From the human T2T-CHM13v2.0 reference genome, Homo sapiens, in assembly GCF_009914755.1 (NCBI RefSeq), contig NC_060927.1: 64,000 nucleotides of DNA; one strand, given 5' to 3'. The notes beneath the pieces were generated by a model that was given only the letters and a program-made list of their open reading frames with translations, was not told where the DNA came from and did no database searches. How positions within the stretch are numbered: position 1 is the stretch's first letter; every line of letters starts with the position of its first letter. Below are positions 31,981 through 44,377 of this stretch, piece after piece. The translations under genes were made by a program, and so were the position numbers.

Positions 31981-33099
31981 GGTGTTGTGTACTTCCATCA
32001 GGAGGCACCTAACATTAATGTATCCCACTTTCTGTGATGCTACCAACTGTTAATGATCACTGCCTAAATCTATTAACTCATTAGAAGTCATAAAATGGTA
32101 AAACTATAATTCTATAATATTTTTTCTTCCTTTATTATCTAAGACATAATGAAAAAAATCCTTCATCAATTTTTAGCTATCCTGAAGTACAATTCATATA
32201 ATTTTTAAAAATCTTATTGATTTCTATTACATTTGGCTCATGGATACTTACTGCAGACATTTGATTATACAAAGACCTATACATGATAGAATGGCTACTA
32301 ATTCTGTAACAGAAGTAGTTTATGACAACTAGAGTATCCTATTTGCCATTTGGATATGGTCTCATATGACTGCAGTGTGTGGAAGTGAACTGAAAAGTGA
32401 GGGATGGAGAACAACTAAACACCAACTTTGGAGCCCCAATAACCAGGAACCCAGGTGCCTGATAGTTGGAAAGACATTCAACAGGACAATGGTCTGTCAT
32501 AATACAGACAATAAAGGGAAGCCAGACAAATATCGGGGCTATCTGTAATGCAGGCAACAAAGAGACAAAAAGAATCTTTCCTAAGCAAGAAAAGGGTTAA
32601 GAAAAGAGTAAAATGATAAAGGGTTTTGTCACCACATTATAGTACATAATTAGGTAATTAGAAGTATTAAAACAGACAAAGCATTGGGCTCAGATGAAAT
32701 ACTGAAGATGCAAGTATTCAATAAGATGCCCCAGGGGAAAAAGGAAAGCCCTTGGTGAGGGTTTATAATCATGCAATAGGACAAAGAAGCACAGAAGGAC
32801 TTGAAGGAACAATAACTGTTGTTATGCCCATATTTCAAAAACGGAAAATCAAAACAAGCACTCATCCAAAATTTTTAAATGAGCTGATGAAAACTCCCTA
32901 GAATACTATTAACCACCAAAATAACTATAATATCTTACTGTGGTTTATTGTTTTATTAAAGAAAAACTGAACAATCAAGCCAAGACCACAACAAGGAACA
33001 ATTTGATATGGAATAAAAACAGACATACTGAAAGACACAATTCTTTTTCTTCGTGTGTTCCCTATTTTGGTTGGTAATTTCCATTCTCCCTATTCAACC

Positions 33100-34400
33100 A
33101 AACCTGTTTTCTCTTCTTTGCAGGCACATAGCTGGATTTAATTTCCCAGCTTCCTTTTCAGTTAGCTGTGGTCATGTGACTTGAGTGCTAGCCAATGGAA
33201 TGAGAGTGGAAATTATGTGGGACCAGGAAATACACTCCCCTAACTTCCCCACCGGCAGGCCTCTGTACACATTTCCCCGTCTAGTAGACGGAATGAAAAA
33301 GAACATGGGGAAGACCTTGAAAACTCCACTGGGATTGTGCTGCTCTTAAAACTATATCTGCAAATTTTTTAATTCTCACATTTCCCTTCTGAGGTAATGG
33401 CATAAAAACGACATAGCTTCTACATGGCTCTTCTTCTTTCTTGGATCGCTTGATCTGAAGAAAGTATCTTCTGAAGGAGGACCGTAAAGCAGCACATTAG
33501 AGAGATCCACATGGAGAGGAACCAAAGTGGATACTCCAGCCATAGTCAAGCCATCAAACGTTTGCAGCTCCAGTAACCACGTGACTGCAATCTCATGAAA
33601 CACTCCTAAGCCAGAATCTCCCAGCTATACTGCTCCCAAACTCCTGATCCACAGCAACCATGACATAATAATTAATTGTTGTTCTAAGCCACCAATTTTG
33701 GTTGATTAATTACGTAGCAAAATATAATAGAGGTTTTGATATCTGAAACTGGGGTGCTGTTTCAAAAAAAAAAAATACCTAAAATATGTGGTAGAAGTGC
33801 CTATGGGACTGGATAGAAGACAGAAGGACCTTCAGGAGAGCATCAGTGAGAAATTAAGGCTGTGGGAAAAAGACTATTAGCAAAAGACAATCTGCAAAGA
33901 GGCGCCAGTGAGGGCTTAAATGAAAGTGAAGAAAACATTACAGAAAAAAAAATGGAGGAAAGGGGTTCCTTATTACGCAGTGACAGAAAGTCTGGCAATG
34001 TGATAGCCTCTAGTTATATGCAACATAGAAAATGAATCTAATAAACTGAGTGATCTAGCTAAGGAGATATCCAGGCAGAGTACTGAAAGTATTGTCTGGT
34101 TTATTTATGTTACTTATAGTAGAATGAAAGAAGAGAAAAAACAAAAGGAATAACTGGTAAACATAAAGGTGCTAGAACTTTCTTGGTTTGAAAATAAAGC
34201 TTTTTCTCATTCCCAGCTTCTCAAGTCAGCAAATGATACCAACATTAACACACTGCTTCTGGGCAAAGATCAAATCTAGGACAAAGACAGGCAAGAACTA
34301 AAGATGAAATCAAAGGTGTGACTGTAAAAGCCTTTGTTAAGATCTCAGAAAGCTCTAAGATGATGCCACAGAGAACCCTTCAGTCAGACAAAAGGCCCTT
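33100..34400 (+). mobile_element. MaLR cluster: MLT1 fragment, MLT1F-like LTR (about 33330-33730) and start of MLT internal sequence
   Basis: tttcccagcttcctt..catgtgact..gccaatggaatg; gactgcaatctcatgaaacactc..agccagaa; internal start ggggtgctgt..aaatacctaaaatatgtgg. Confidence 0.7.
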
Positions 34401-34564
34401 AGATTTTTTATTTTTTATTATTTATTTTTTTAGTGATGGCATAAAATTGAATTTACTAAGTAATCAATGATAGTTACTGGTTGTAATATTGGTGCAGAAA
34501 ATAGGGTCCAGTCTTATGCTAACATCTTCTTTCTACATGATCCACTTGCTGTGTCATGTGACCC

Positions 34565-36236
34565 TTTTTTTAAAAAAAAATTATACTTTTAAGTTCCGGG
34601 AAACGTGTAGAATGTGCAGGTTTGTTACATTAGGTATACACATGCCATGGTGGTTTGCTGCACACTTCAACCCATCATCTACATTAGGTTTCTCCTAACG
34701 CTATCCTTCCCCTAAACCCCCGACCCCGCAACAGGCCCCAGTGTGTGATGTTCCCCTCCCTGTGTCCATGTGTTCTCATTGTTTAACTCCCACTTACGGG
34801 TGAGAACATGCGGTGTTTGGTTTTCTGTTCCTGTGTTAGTCTGCTGAGAATGATGGTTTCCAGCTTCATCCATGTCCCTGCAAAGGACATGAACTCATCC
34901 TTTTTTATGGCTGCATAGTATTCCATGGTGTATATGTGCCACATTTTCTTTATCTAGTCTATCTTTGATGGGCATTTGGGTTGGTTCCAAGTCTTTGCTA
35001 TTGTGAACAGTGCTGCAATAAACATACGTATGCATGTGTCTTTATAGTAGAATGACTTATAATCCTTTGGGTATGTACCCAGTAATGGGATTGCTGTGTC
35101 AAATGGTATTTCTGTTTCTAGATCCTTGAGGAATTGCCACACTGTCTTCCACAGTGGTTGAACTAATTTACACTCCCACCAAAAGCATTCCCGTTTCTCC
35201 ACATCCTCTCCAGCATCTATTGTTTCCTGACTTTTTAATGATCACCATTCTAACTGGTGTGTGATGGTATCTCACTGTGGTTTTGATTTGCATTTCTCTA
35301 ATGACCAGTGATGATGAGGTTTTTTTTTTTCCATGTTTGTTGGCCGCATAAATGTCTTCCTTTGAGAAATGTCTGTTCATATCCTTCACCCCATTTTTGA
35401 TGGGGTTGTTTTTTTCTTGTAAATTTGTTTAAGTTCTTTGTAAATACCTGGGAGTACAACTTACAAGGGATGTGAAGGACCTCTTCAAGGAGAACTACAA
35501 ACCACTGCTCAAGGAAATAAGAGAGGACACAAACAAATGGAAAAACATTCTATACTCATGGATAGAAAGAATCAATATCATGAAAATGGCCATACTGCCC
35601 AAAGTAATTTACAGATTCAATGCTATTTCCATCAACCTACCATTGACTGTCTTCACAGAATTAGAAAAAAATACTTTAAATTTCATATGGAACCAAGAAA
35701 GAGCCCATATATTCATGACAATCCTAAGGAAAAAGAACAAAGCTGGAGGCATCATGCTACCTGACTTCAAACTATACTACAAGGCTACAGTAACCAAAAC
35801 AGCATGGTACTGGTACCAAAACAGATATACAGAACGATGGAACAGAACAGAGGCCTGAGAAATAATACCACACATCTACAACCACCTGATCTTTGACAAA
35901 CCTGACAAAAGCAAGCAATGGGGAAAGGACTCCCTATTTAGTAAATGGTGTTGGGGAAACTGGCTAGCTATATGCAGAAAACTGAGCCTGGACCCCTTCC
36001 TTACACCTTATACAAAAATTAACTCAAAATGGATTAAAGACTTAAACGTAAGACCTAAAACCATAAAAACCCTAGAAGAAAACCTAGGCAATACCATTCA
36101 GGACACAGGCATGGACAAAGACTTCATGACTAATACACCAAAAGCAATGGCAACAAAAGCCAAAACTGACAAATGGGATCTAATTAAACTAAAGAGCTTC
36201 TGCACAGCAAAAGAAACTATCATCAGAGTGAACAGG
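34565..36236 (-). mobile_element. L1PA7/8-like element with 5' inversion (34565-35445 antisense 3' end; 35446-36236 sense ORF2)
   Basis: ORFs 34954..35389 (-) and 35472..35858 (+) both encode L1 ORF2 peptides in opposite orientations. Confidence 0.92.
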
Positions 36237-36239
36237 CCT

Positions 36240-36357
36240 CACAGCTCTAGCAAGTAGAGATCAGGGATCTGCTAAACATCCTACAGTGCGCAAAACAACC
36301 TCTCAAAACAAAGAATTGGTCCAAAATGTTAATACTCCCAAGGTTGAGAAACACTGC
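36240..36357 (+). mobile_element. MER20 3' half
   Basis: gtagagatcagggatctgctaaacatcctacagtg...aaggttgagaaacactg. Confidence 0.8.
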
Positions 36358-39140
36358 ATTACAATATATAAACCCAGAAGGCAGAAACAGTATCTACTTA
36401 TTTAGTCTCCATCACTTTTTGAATAAGATTTGAGATACTGATTCATTTATGTTTCTGTCCTGTTTTGCTTCACAAAGTGCTTGCACACTGAAGGTATTTA
36501 ATAAACATTTCTTGAAGAAGCATTGAATCTAGACAAACAAGATTAACATAAATTATAGAGTAATGGAAAAACAGAAGTCCCAGGTACCATTTCCATTTTG
36601 GCCTTAACAAGTTATATTTGTTTATTCATGTCATAGTCTTTCTGAGCTTCAACTTTTCACCTTTGCAAAATAAAAGGATTTTACTAGATGACTATTAATG
36701 ACATAAATGCTTACAATGGGTGCCAAGTACTGGGAAATATGAAGCTACAAAACATATAAACTCAAGAAAATCTAGGAGAATAAAAACAGACATCTTACAG
36801 ATAATTTTAAAAGAAGATAATTACAATAAAATATGCATTATATATTAAAGAACAGAAGAGGCAGTCTTTTCTTTATTTGAATCTTGAACTTCTAAAACAG
36901 TGGCTGACAAGTGATCTCTCAAGTAGTATTTGCTGAATGGACAAATATACCTACAAACCTTACAAACAACCAAACCTTTGAGGAAAATTAAGACGACGCA
37001 ATCGGGCGCTAGGGATATGAAGGCAAAGCAAAAGGAAAGCCTGAACAAGGTTCTGCTTTCTTTAATTTATGTTTTCAGTGAAGAAAAGAATGACATATAG
37101 CTTTCATAGTTCATAAACAGGAGGTGAATACAGAATTTTTTAAAGTGAAAAAAAAAAGGAAGTAGTAATTTATTGTGATGACAATGAGTAGGACTCAGCC
37201 CAAGAGGGCAGCAGAAAAATCTCCAAGAGGCTAATAAGGAAGGTGGAGTAAGAAATCACCATACAGTTGAGAAGATTAAGCAAAAACAAAAAGGAGGGGC
37301 GGTTTGGGATGACAGGATATAAGGTTGGGAGAAGGCAGGTGTGGCTGCAGTTCAGGAGATGGGATCTGTCACCATCTAAGTAGAGGTCTTCATCTAAGGT
37401 TCTTTCTAGTTCTACAATGCCTGAGTCACTTAACAAGCCCTTTACCCCACTCCTCCACGCCTCCAAAAACATCTTTCTGTTCCTACCATAATGGTAAAAA
37501 ATTAGGAAAAAATATAAACGTAGGTAGATACACTGTATATGTACTTTCAGTGCCAGACGAGACTGTGTCGCAAATGGAAATACAGACTTTATTTTGAAGT
37601 TTTTCAATAATTAAGAAAAAAATTAAAAAAATAAATACAAAGCATTACCCCTGAAGTACCAAAGCTGCTTCAATTCTAAATCTGCTGAAATGTTCTAAAA
37701 AGACTGTGTTACACTACCAAACAGGCTGTGCCCACTGGGAATATTATTTTACTACTCACCAAACTTTACTTTTTAACCTTCTCATAATCATATAAATCTA
37801 CAACTATAAATAGTCCTTAAAAATCTGGGCTCATTTAAAACAAAGAAAATCTGAAAAGCAAAAACTCTATTGGTCAGCATTTCAGAGGGTACCCCTATAA
37901 CTGTGCTGCCGCTATGTACTACTGCTCCTAAATTCCGAAGATTAGGAGCACCAGGGTGCTAATGAAAGCACTGCAACTATATTTTCATTAAAATACTGAA
38001 AAAAATTTAAGTTTTTAAAAATCTCACAAATTAGAATAAATGTATGCTAAGAATTTGCATGCTCAAATGAAACAGAAATAGGAAAAATATACTTTAAAAC
38101 AGTACAGGAGCAGTACAGGAAAGATACTAAATATACATATGCAATAGTAATTATTTTGCTTTTATCTTAAGTGTCAAATGAGGAAGGACTACAGGCCATT
38201 TGACAGAAGCATTATTTTTCATATTCCTGAAAATCTGTTTTCCCCCCTCTTTAATATTTAAGAAACACACACAGGTTGCCGACAACTCTTAGAGAGCGGC
38301 TTGTGTTGTAGTTTTCACTTTCTCGGCTGTGAACAAGTGCATATGTGAGGGCTGGTCGTGCATGCACAAGCATGTACTTTGCCTGCATTAAATAAAATCA
38401 CAACACAACACCAAGTACATCCACTCATTCATGTGTGCCTGCAGTCCACCTCGAGGAGACTGAAAATATAAATACAAGCTGCTATTTTGGTGTGATCACA
38501 GGAATATGGCAGCTTGTATTTTTTTTTTCTCTTTAACATTTTAACACTGGGCAGATTGTCGGCATTAACACACACCAAAATCAATTCTGCTCTGAAATTG
38601 CTTGTAAAATCCTTCTTCCCAGAGGAATTTGTTTTTTATTTCAATAAAAAATGGGCTTGGAGGAAACTGTGTAGGAGATACCGACATTTAGGACATCTTA
38701 ACTTTGTAAAGTGTGACATCAATGGACCAAATTACTGGGAGTATTTCTTTTTCAAAATAGGAACTGAGAAAGAGGATCTTTAAATTAAAAAAAAAAATCA
38801 ATAAATTACTCAGTAAAATAACTTTCGAATATGCTTAACATAGAAAAAAATTCAAAACTAATCTAGTTTCCATCCACATACTACAATGTAACATAATAAC
38901 TACATTTGACCAAAAATTCAGGAAAGATTTACTGTAAAAATTCATGTCATTTTCTAAAGGTGAGAGAAAAGAAATAAAAGTAAATGTTTCACAGAGGCCA
39001 TATCTAAAAGTTCAACATGAATAAAAAGCAAAATGTAGACATTTACATTACATATTACACAAAAATAAAACAATAATGAATTATCATTCCAATTTTAATA
39101 TTTGTGCTGCTGGGGCGAGCATAATAATGAATTATCTATA

Positions 39141-39320
39141 CAGCACTGTCCAAAGAACTTTCTGTAAGAATGGAAGTATCCTCTGTAAGAGTTGTCCAGT
39201 ACAGTATATACAGTAGCCATTATCAGCTATAGCTACTGTGATGACTAAAATTTTTAATTTTATTTAAATTTATATTTAAACAGCCACATATGCCTGGTAT
39301 CTACCAAACAGTACAGCACA
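39141..39320. mobile_element. MER3-like hAT-Charlie MITE
   Basis: cagcactgtccaaagaactttctg...tttaaacagccacatatg...gtacagcac. Confidence 0.7.
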
Positions 39321-39582
39321 TATCTATAATTTTTAAAAAAGAATTTAAAGAATTTTTTTTTACTTCCCTACCTGCTCCTTTTCTCTTGCAAGCAATTATT
39401 AATGAATCCAGAAAATATCAAATAAGGTGTGTTTTAATTGAGGAGACAAAGTTTGCTTGCAAAATATCAAATTATAAGACTTAAAAAACTGAGAAGACAA
39501 AATTTGCTTAAATAGATTATGTTTGAAGCATGGCATACATATACACTATAAACAAAAGGAAACATTAAGATGAGAAAGTTAC

Positions 39583-39935
<353 letters not shown>

Positions 39936-41699
39936 TAAATTATGAATGAGCTACCTAAAATGTTAACTACAATAACTAGAAATACAAAAGATCAAATATT
40001 GAAGATGATAACAGCATATCAATAGGCAATCAGATAAACTTTTAAATATGGTCAAAGTTACAATTATAAAAGTCAGTTAAAGAAATTTAATCATTTAATT
40101 CAAGAGAGGGAAAACACATTTGAAGAAAAGATGAGACTATTTGGCAATAGCTTATAAATATGTTAATCTGCAAATGATGTTATAGATGCTGCATATATAT
40201 TTTTAGAATAGACCTTGATAGACCAAATAACATACTTCTTTGGCATCTAATATGGAAATGATATTTTATCGTGAACTCACTATTTCCACCATTTTAAATA
40301 ATACTGAATTTCTTTTAATGTTACAGCTTTTGAAACATGGCAACATTTGTTCAGAATAGACAATTCAAGTTCTAAATTAGAATGCTGTAAATGGAAATTC
40401 CTTGATTTACCTTTTGATTATCAGTTTTTTCAGTAATAAAAATGGGAATAGTAACAACCTCATTAGGTTAAGATAAAGAACAATTAATTGAAATGATTGC
40501 AAAACGCTTTGAGGCAAAAAAGGGTGACATAAAGGAATATTAAAATTGGCTGAAGAGGAAGATAATATTTAATACAGTGACGTATCCAGATCAAATAAAT
40601 TAAATAATGATGGCAGAATCACAGCTCATGAAATCAAATTATCTTGTTTAAACTCATACTAGAAAGTTGATAATATTATTTTTTGAAGTGTGCTTATGTC
40701 TGTGAAAATTTAAAGATGTTTGAGATAATTACTAAAATTGAACAACACTGATCATCAGTGATAAGATTCACAATCAATGATCATTTATTAAGCATCAACT
40801 TGGTGATAACCAGTGAGACAAAAACAAGACTAGGTCCATGCCTTCAAAGGGTTTACTACTAGGTTTGAAAGGTAAGATCTGGGCTAACACAAGAGCTCTT
40901 GTACATACTGCTTCTCTTAATGACACCAATAATCCTGCATTGTAATTTTTTTTTCCTGTTTTCTCTGTAAGCTTCTTAAGGGTCCATATCACATTTATCT
41001 TGGCATCTCTAGTGCCTGGTACACTAAGGAGATCAATATAAATGTATTGAATACACTGACAGATGGACCTAAATAAATAAAAGACCAAACAAAATTAAAT
41101 AATATTAAAAAGTTATTAAGAAAATTCTATAGAACACAGACTAGGCACAAATGATTTCCAATTGCCAAGACTGGAAAATGTTTCATAAACTTGGGTGATG
41201 AACTCAGGCCTTGAATGGTTAGCTGTTAGGAATCTAACAGGAAGCAGAGGGAAGCAGCATTCCAGCAGAGGAGAGCATGAAAGATTCCAAAACATTGAAA
41301 ATGGAAAGCACAAAACCTGTTCATTGAATAATGCCAGAAGCACTTGTCTAAAAGGGAACTGGGTATGTATTAGAGAAACTGAGTAAGTCCATTCTTCTTC
41401 AGGGCACAGGGAGTCATAGAAAGTTCTGGATTAGGCAAATAGAGTGATTATAAATCTGCTTTGAGTAGAGTGATTAGGCTGTTAACACATGGAATGGACT
41501 GGAAGTGGAAAAACACTAGATCCCAAGAAAACAATTAAACAAGTAAGTGACTGTGGGCAGGAGGTAAAAAGGATCTGAAACAGAGCAGTAAAAACGGAAC
41601 AGAAACTTATGAATGTGAGAAAACTACACATAATGATCCCCTAATTTGTATTTTGAAACATAAAATACATATCCCCAACCCATCTACCTACTCCTGTCT

Positions 41700-42420
41700 T
41701 TATTACTACATTTTTAGTCTAATAAATCGCTAACATTACCTAACTTGAAATACTCCAATAGACTCCTAGTTGCTTTTCCAGCTTCCATTCTTACATCCAC
41801 CTTTGCCCCACTGCACAGCAGCCATAATTATCTTTGTAGGTATCATGCCACTGCTCAATGTCCTCCAAAAGCTTCCTATTGCAATCAGAATAAATCTTTA
41901 CTTTTTACTGTGGTCTACAAGACTGTCCTGGCCTTTGCTCTCCTCTCAGATTTCCTTCTCTAAAGCACTTGCTCTAGCCGAACTGACTTCTTTTTGCTCC
42001 TCTAAACACTGAGCTCATTTTCATTGAGAAACTAACCTTGCCCTAGCTACTCCCTCTGTCTACATGTTCTTGCCCTAGTTCTTCAGATGTCTGGCCTTTA
42101 AATTTTTTCACATCTCAGCTCAAATGTCATCTTCTCAAAGATGTCTTCTCCAATCACTATTCCTAAAGTAGCCATCCCACTGGCTACTCTCCTTCTAGCT
42201 ATCTAGTTACTCTGCCTTATTTCTTCAGAAAAATGATCACCCTCTGTAATTATTCTCTTTATCTATACATGCTTACTGTCTCACCACTCTCCCCGACACC
42301 ACACTAAAATATACAACCTGTGATGGCAGCATCCTATCTGTGTTATTCACCACTCCACTCTGTCCCCCACAGTGCAAAGGGCAATTATGGAACATAGCGA
42401 TGCTCCATAAATATACATTT
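41700..42420 (+). mobile_element. L2 3' region
   Basis: ctcagctcaaatgtcatcttctc; gtcctccaaaagcttcctattgcaatcagaataaa; L2 tail-like end. Confidence 0.7.
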
Positions 42421-42757
42421 TTTCAAAAATTCTTATCACAAAGCTAGAAAACAAGTAACACTTTATAACCTTATCTGGGCTGTACTTCTTTTATATTATT
42501 AGGAAATTCCTCATAGACTGAAATGAAAATCATATATTTTAGATCATATAGTACCTTATAAAGATGTAAACTAAATTTATACAAGCTATTCAGCTTTTAC
42601 AATTAAATAATTTGGTGGACTTAAAATAAGACTAACCGCCTTACCTCACAAGCTAAGTATTTGCCAGAAAATTTATATAGAAATGACAAGGAGACTTAAT
42701 CTAAATGTGGAGAGAGCCATGGGAGAGTCTTCAAGAGAATAAGATATGGAACCCTCC

Positions 42758-43301
42758 TGTGATGGTTAATATTGAGTGTCAACTTGATTGGACTGAGGGA
42801 TGCAAAGTATTGTTCCTGGGTGTGTCTGTGAGGGTGTTGCCAAAGGAGATTAAAATTTGAGTCAGTGGACTCAGAGAGGCAGCCCCATCCTCACTCTGGA
42901 TGGGCACCATCTAATCAGCTGCCAGTGTGGCTAGAATAAAGCAGGCAGAAGAAGGTGGAAAGAGCAGGCTTGCTGAATCTTCCAGCCTTCATCTTTCTCC
43001 CACGGTGGATGCTTCCTGCCCTCGAACATCAGACTCCAAGTTCTTCAGGTTTTGGACTCTTGGACTTACACCAGCAGTTTGCCAGGGGCTCTTGGGGCCT
43101 TCAGCCATAGACTGAAGGCTGCACTGTCGGCTTCCCTACTTTTAAGGTGTTGGGACTCGGACTGGCTTCCTTGCTTGTCAGCTTGCAGATGGCCTATTGT
43201 GGGACTTCACCATGATCATGTGAGTCAATACTCCTTAATAAACTCCCCTTTATATATACATCTTTCCTAACAGTTCTGTCCCTCTAGAGAACGCTAATAC
43301 A
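42758..43301 (+). mobile_element. MLT2A (probably MLT2A2) HERV-L solo LTR
   Basis: tgtgatggttaatattgagtgtcaacttgattgg...ctctagagaacgctaataca; 544 bp; degenerate TSD CCTCC/TTTCC. Confidence 0.9.
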
Positions 43302-43440
43302 TTTCCCTACTATTCTATCAACTATAGGGCCTCCTAGCTACCTTCTTTGGGTCACTGGTTTGCCATTTTAATTAAAATCAACTAGTAGAGATACATTTTA
43401 AGAAAAACACTGTATGTGTGTGTACATACACACACACACA

Positions 43441-43562
43441 TGTATGTGTATAATATACATATATATGTATGTGTATAATATACATATATATGTATGTGTA
43501 TAATATACATATATATGTATGTGTATAATATACATATATATGTATGTGTATAATATACATAT
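43441..43562. repeat. 25-bp minisatellite TGTATGTGTATAATATACATATATA, about 4.9 copies, within a TA/TG-rich tract (43410-43603)
   Basis: Direct reading; perfect units. Confidence 0.9.
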
Positions 43563-44372
43563 GTATATGTATATGTATATGTATATATGTATCTGTGTAT
43601 ATATCTTGCATTTTTGTAAGAAAAAAACAGAAAATATAGAAGTTTTCAAGAACTAACACTTTCTTACATAACAAAGCAGAAATGTTCGAACTACGTAACT
43701 AAAATGATGAAAAAATTCCCAGTATCACTGCCTGTTTGGTGTGGCTATCAGAGGTTTATTTTCCCCCTTTCTTGTTTGCTATTTCTTTAAGTCAATCTGG
43801 CCCCCATGGCCTCTGACTCTGTGACTCGGCACCAGCGCTGTGGCCCCTTCATTTACATTTGATAACTGTAGAGAGATTAATTATAATCCTGCTCATTAGA
43901 CAGATCAATCTGAAGTTGGCAAGTTTTTAAATATAACTACCTAGCATTTTTAAAAAGGGATGCCTTTACAGTTTAGTTAACAATATATACTGCACATTTT
44001 GTTTTTAAAAGGCCTGTTTACTACCACTGATTAACTATATACTTACTGAGGCAACTCCTTCTTTTGTTTTATTCAAATATTTACTGAGTACCAGGACTCC
44101 TGTGTGCTAATACAATGGTGCTCTACTTTCTGCACCTATATACTAGGGAGACCAAGCACTATCACCCATACCTCTGAGAGTAGCTTCCCTAACTGGGTTA
44201 CTCCTGAGTTAACTGGATAACTCAAGCTAACCAAAATCATCCCAAACTTCCCACCCCATACCCTATTACCACTGCCAATTACCTGTGGTTTCATTTACTC
44301 TAAACCTGTGATTCCTCTGAATTATTTTCATTTTAAAGAAATTGTATTTGTTAAATATGTACTACAAACTTA

Positions 44373-44377
44373 GTAGT
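44373..44377 (+). other. Empty target site (GTAGT) of the HIV-1 HXB2-lineage provirus
   Basis: Recalled vector junctions ...aaacttagtagt|TGGAAG and CTAGCA|gtagtagttcatgtcatc overlap by exactly 5 bp here. Confidence 0.85.

Noticed and set aside
34954-35858. L1 ORF2-like ORFs as genes
   Set aside because: Fragments of a truncated, inverted L1; the same applies to 59529-59962.
37170-37607. 145-aa minus-strand ORF
   Set aside because: Non-ATG start, no recognisable domain, and no splice-phase fit with TBC1D5.
43378-43674. His/Ile/Tyr-rich ORFs
   Set aside because: Translation of the TA/TG minisatellite; the HT-repeat ORFs at 21982-22373 and 50408-50690 are likewise CA/TG microsatellites.
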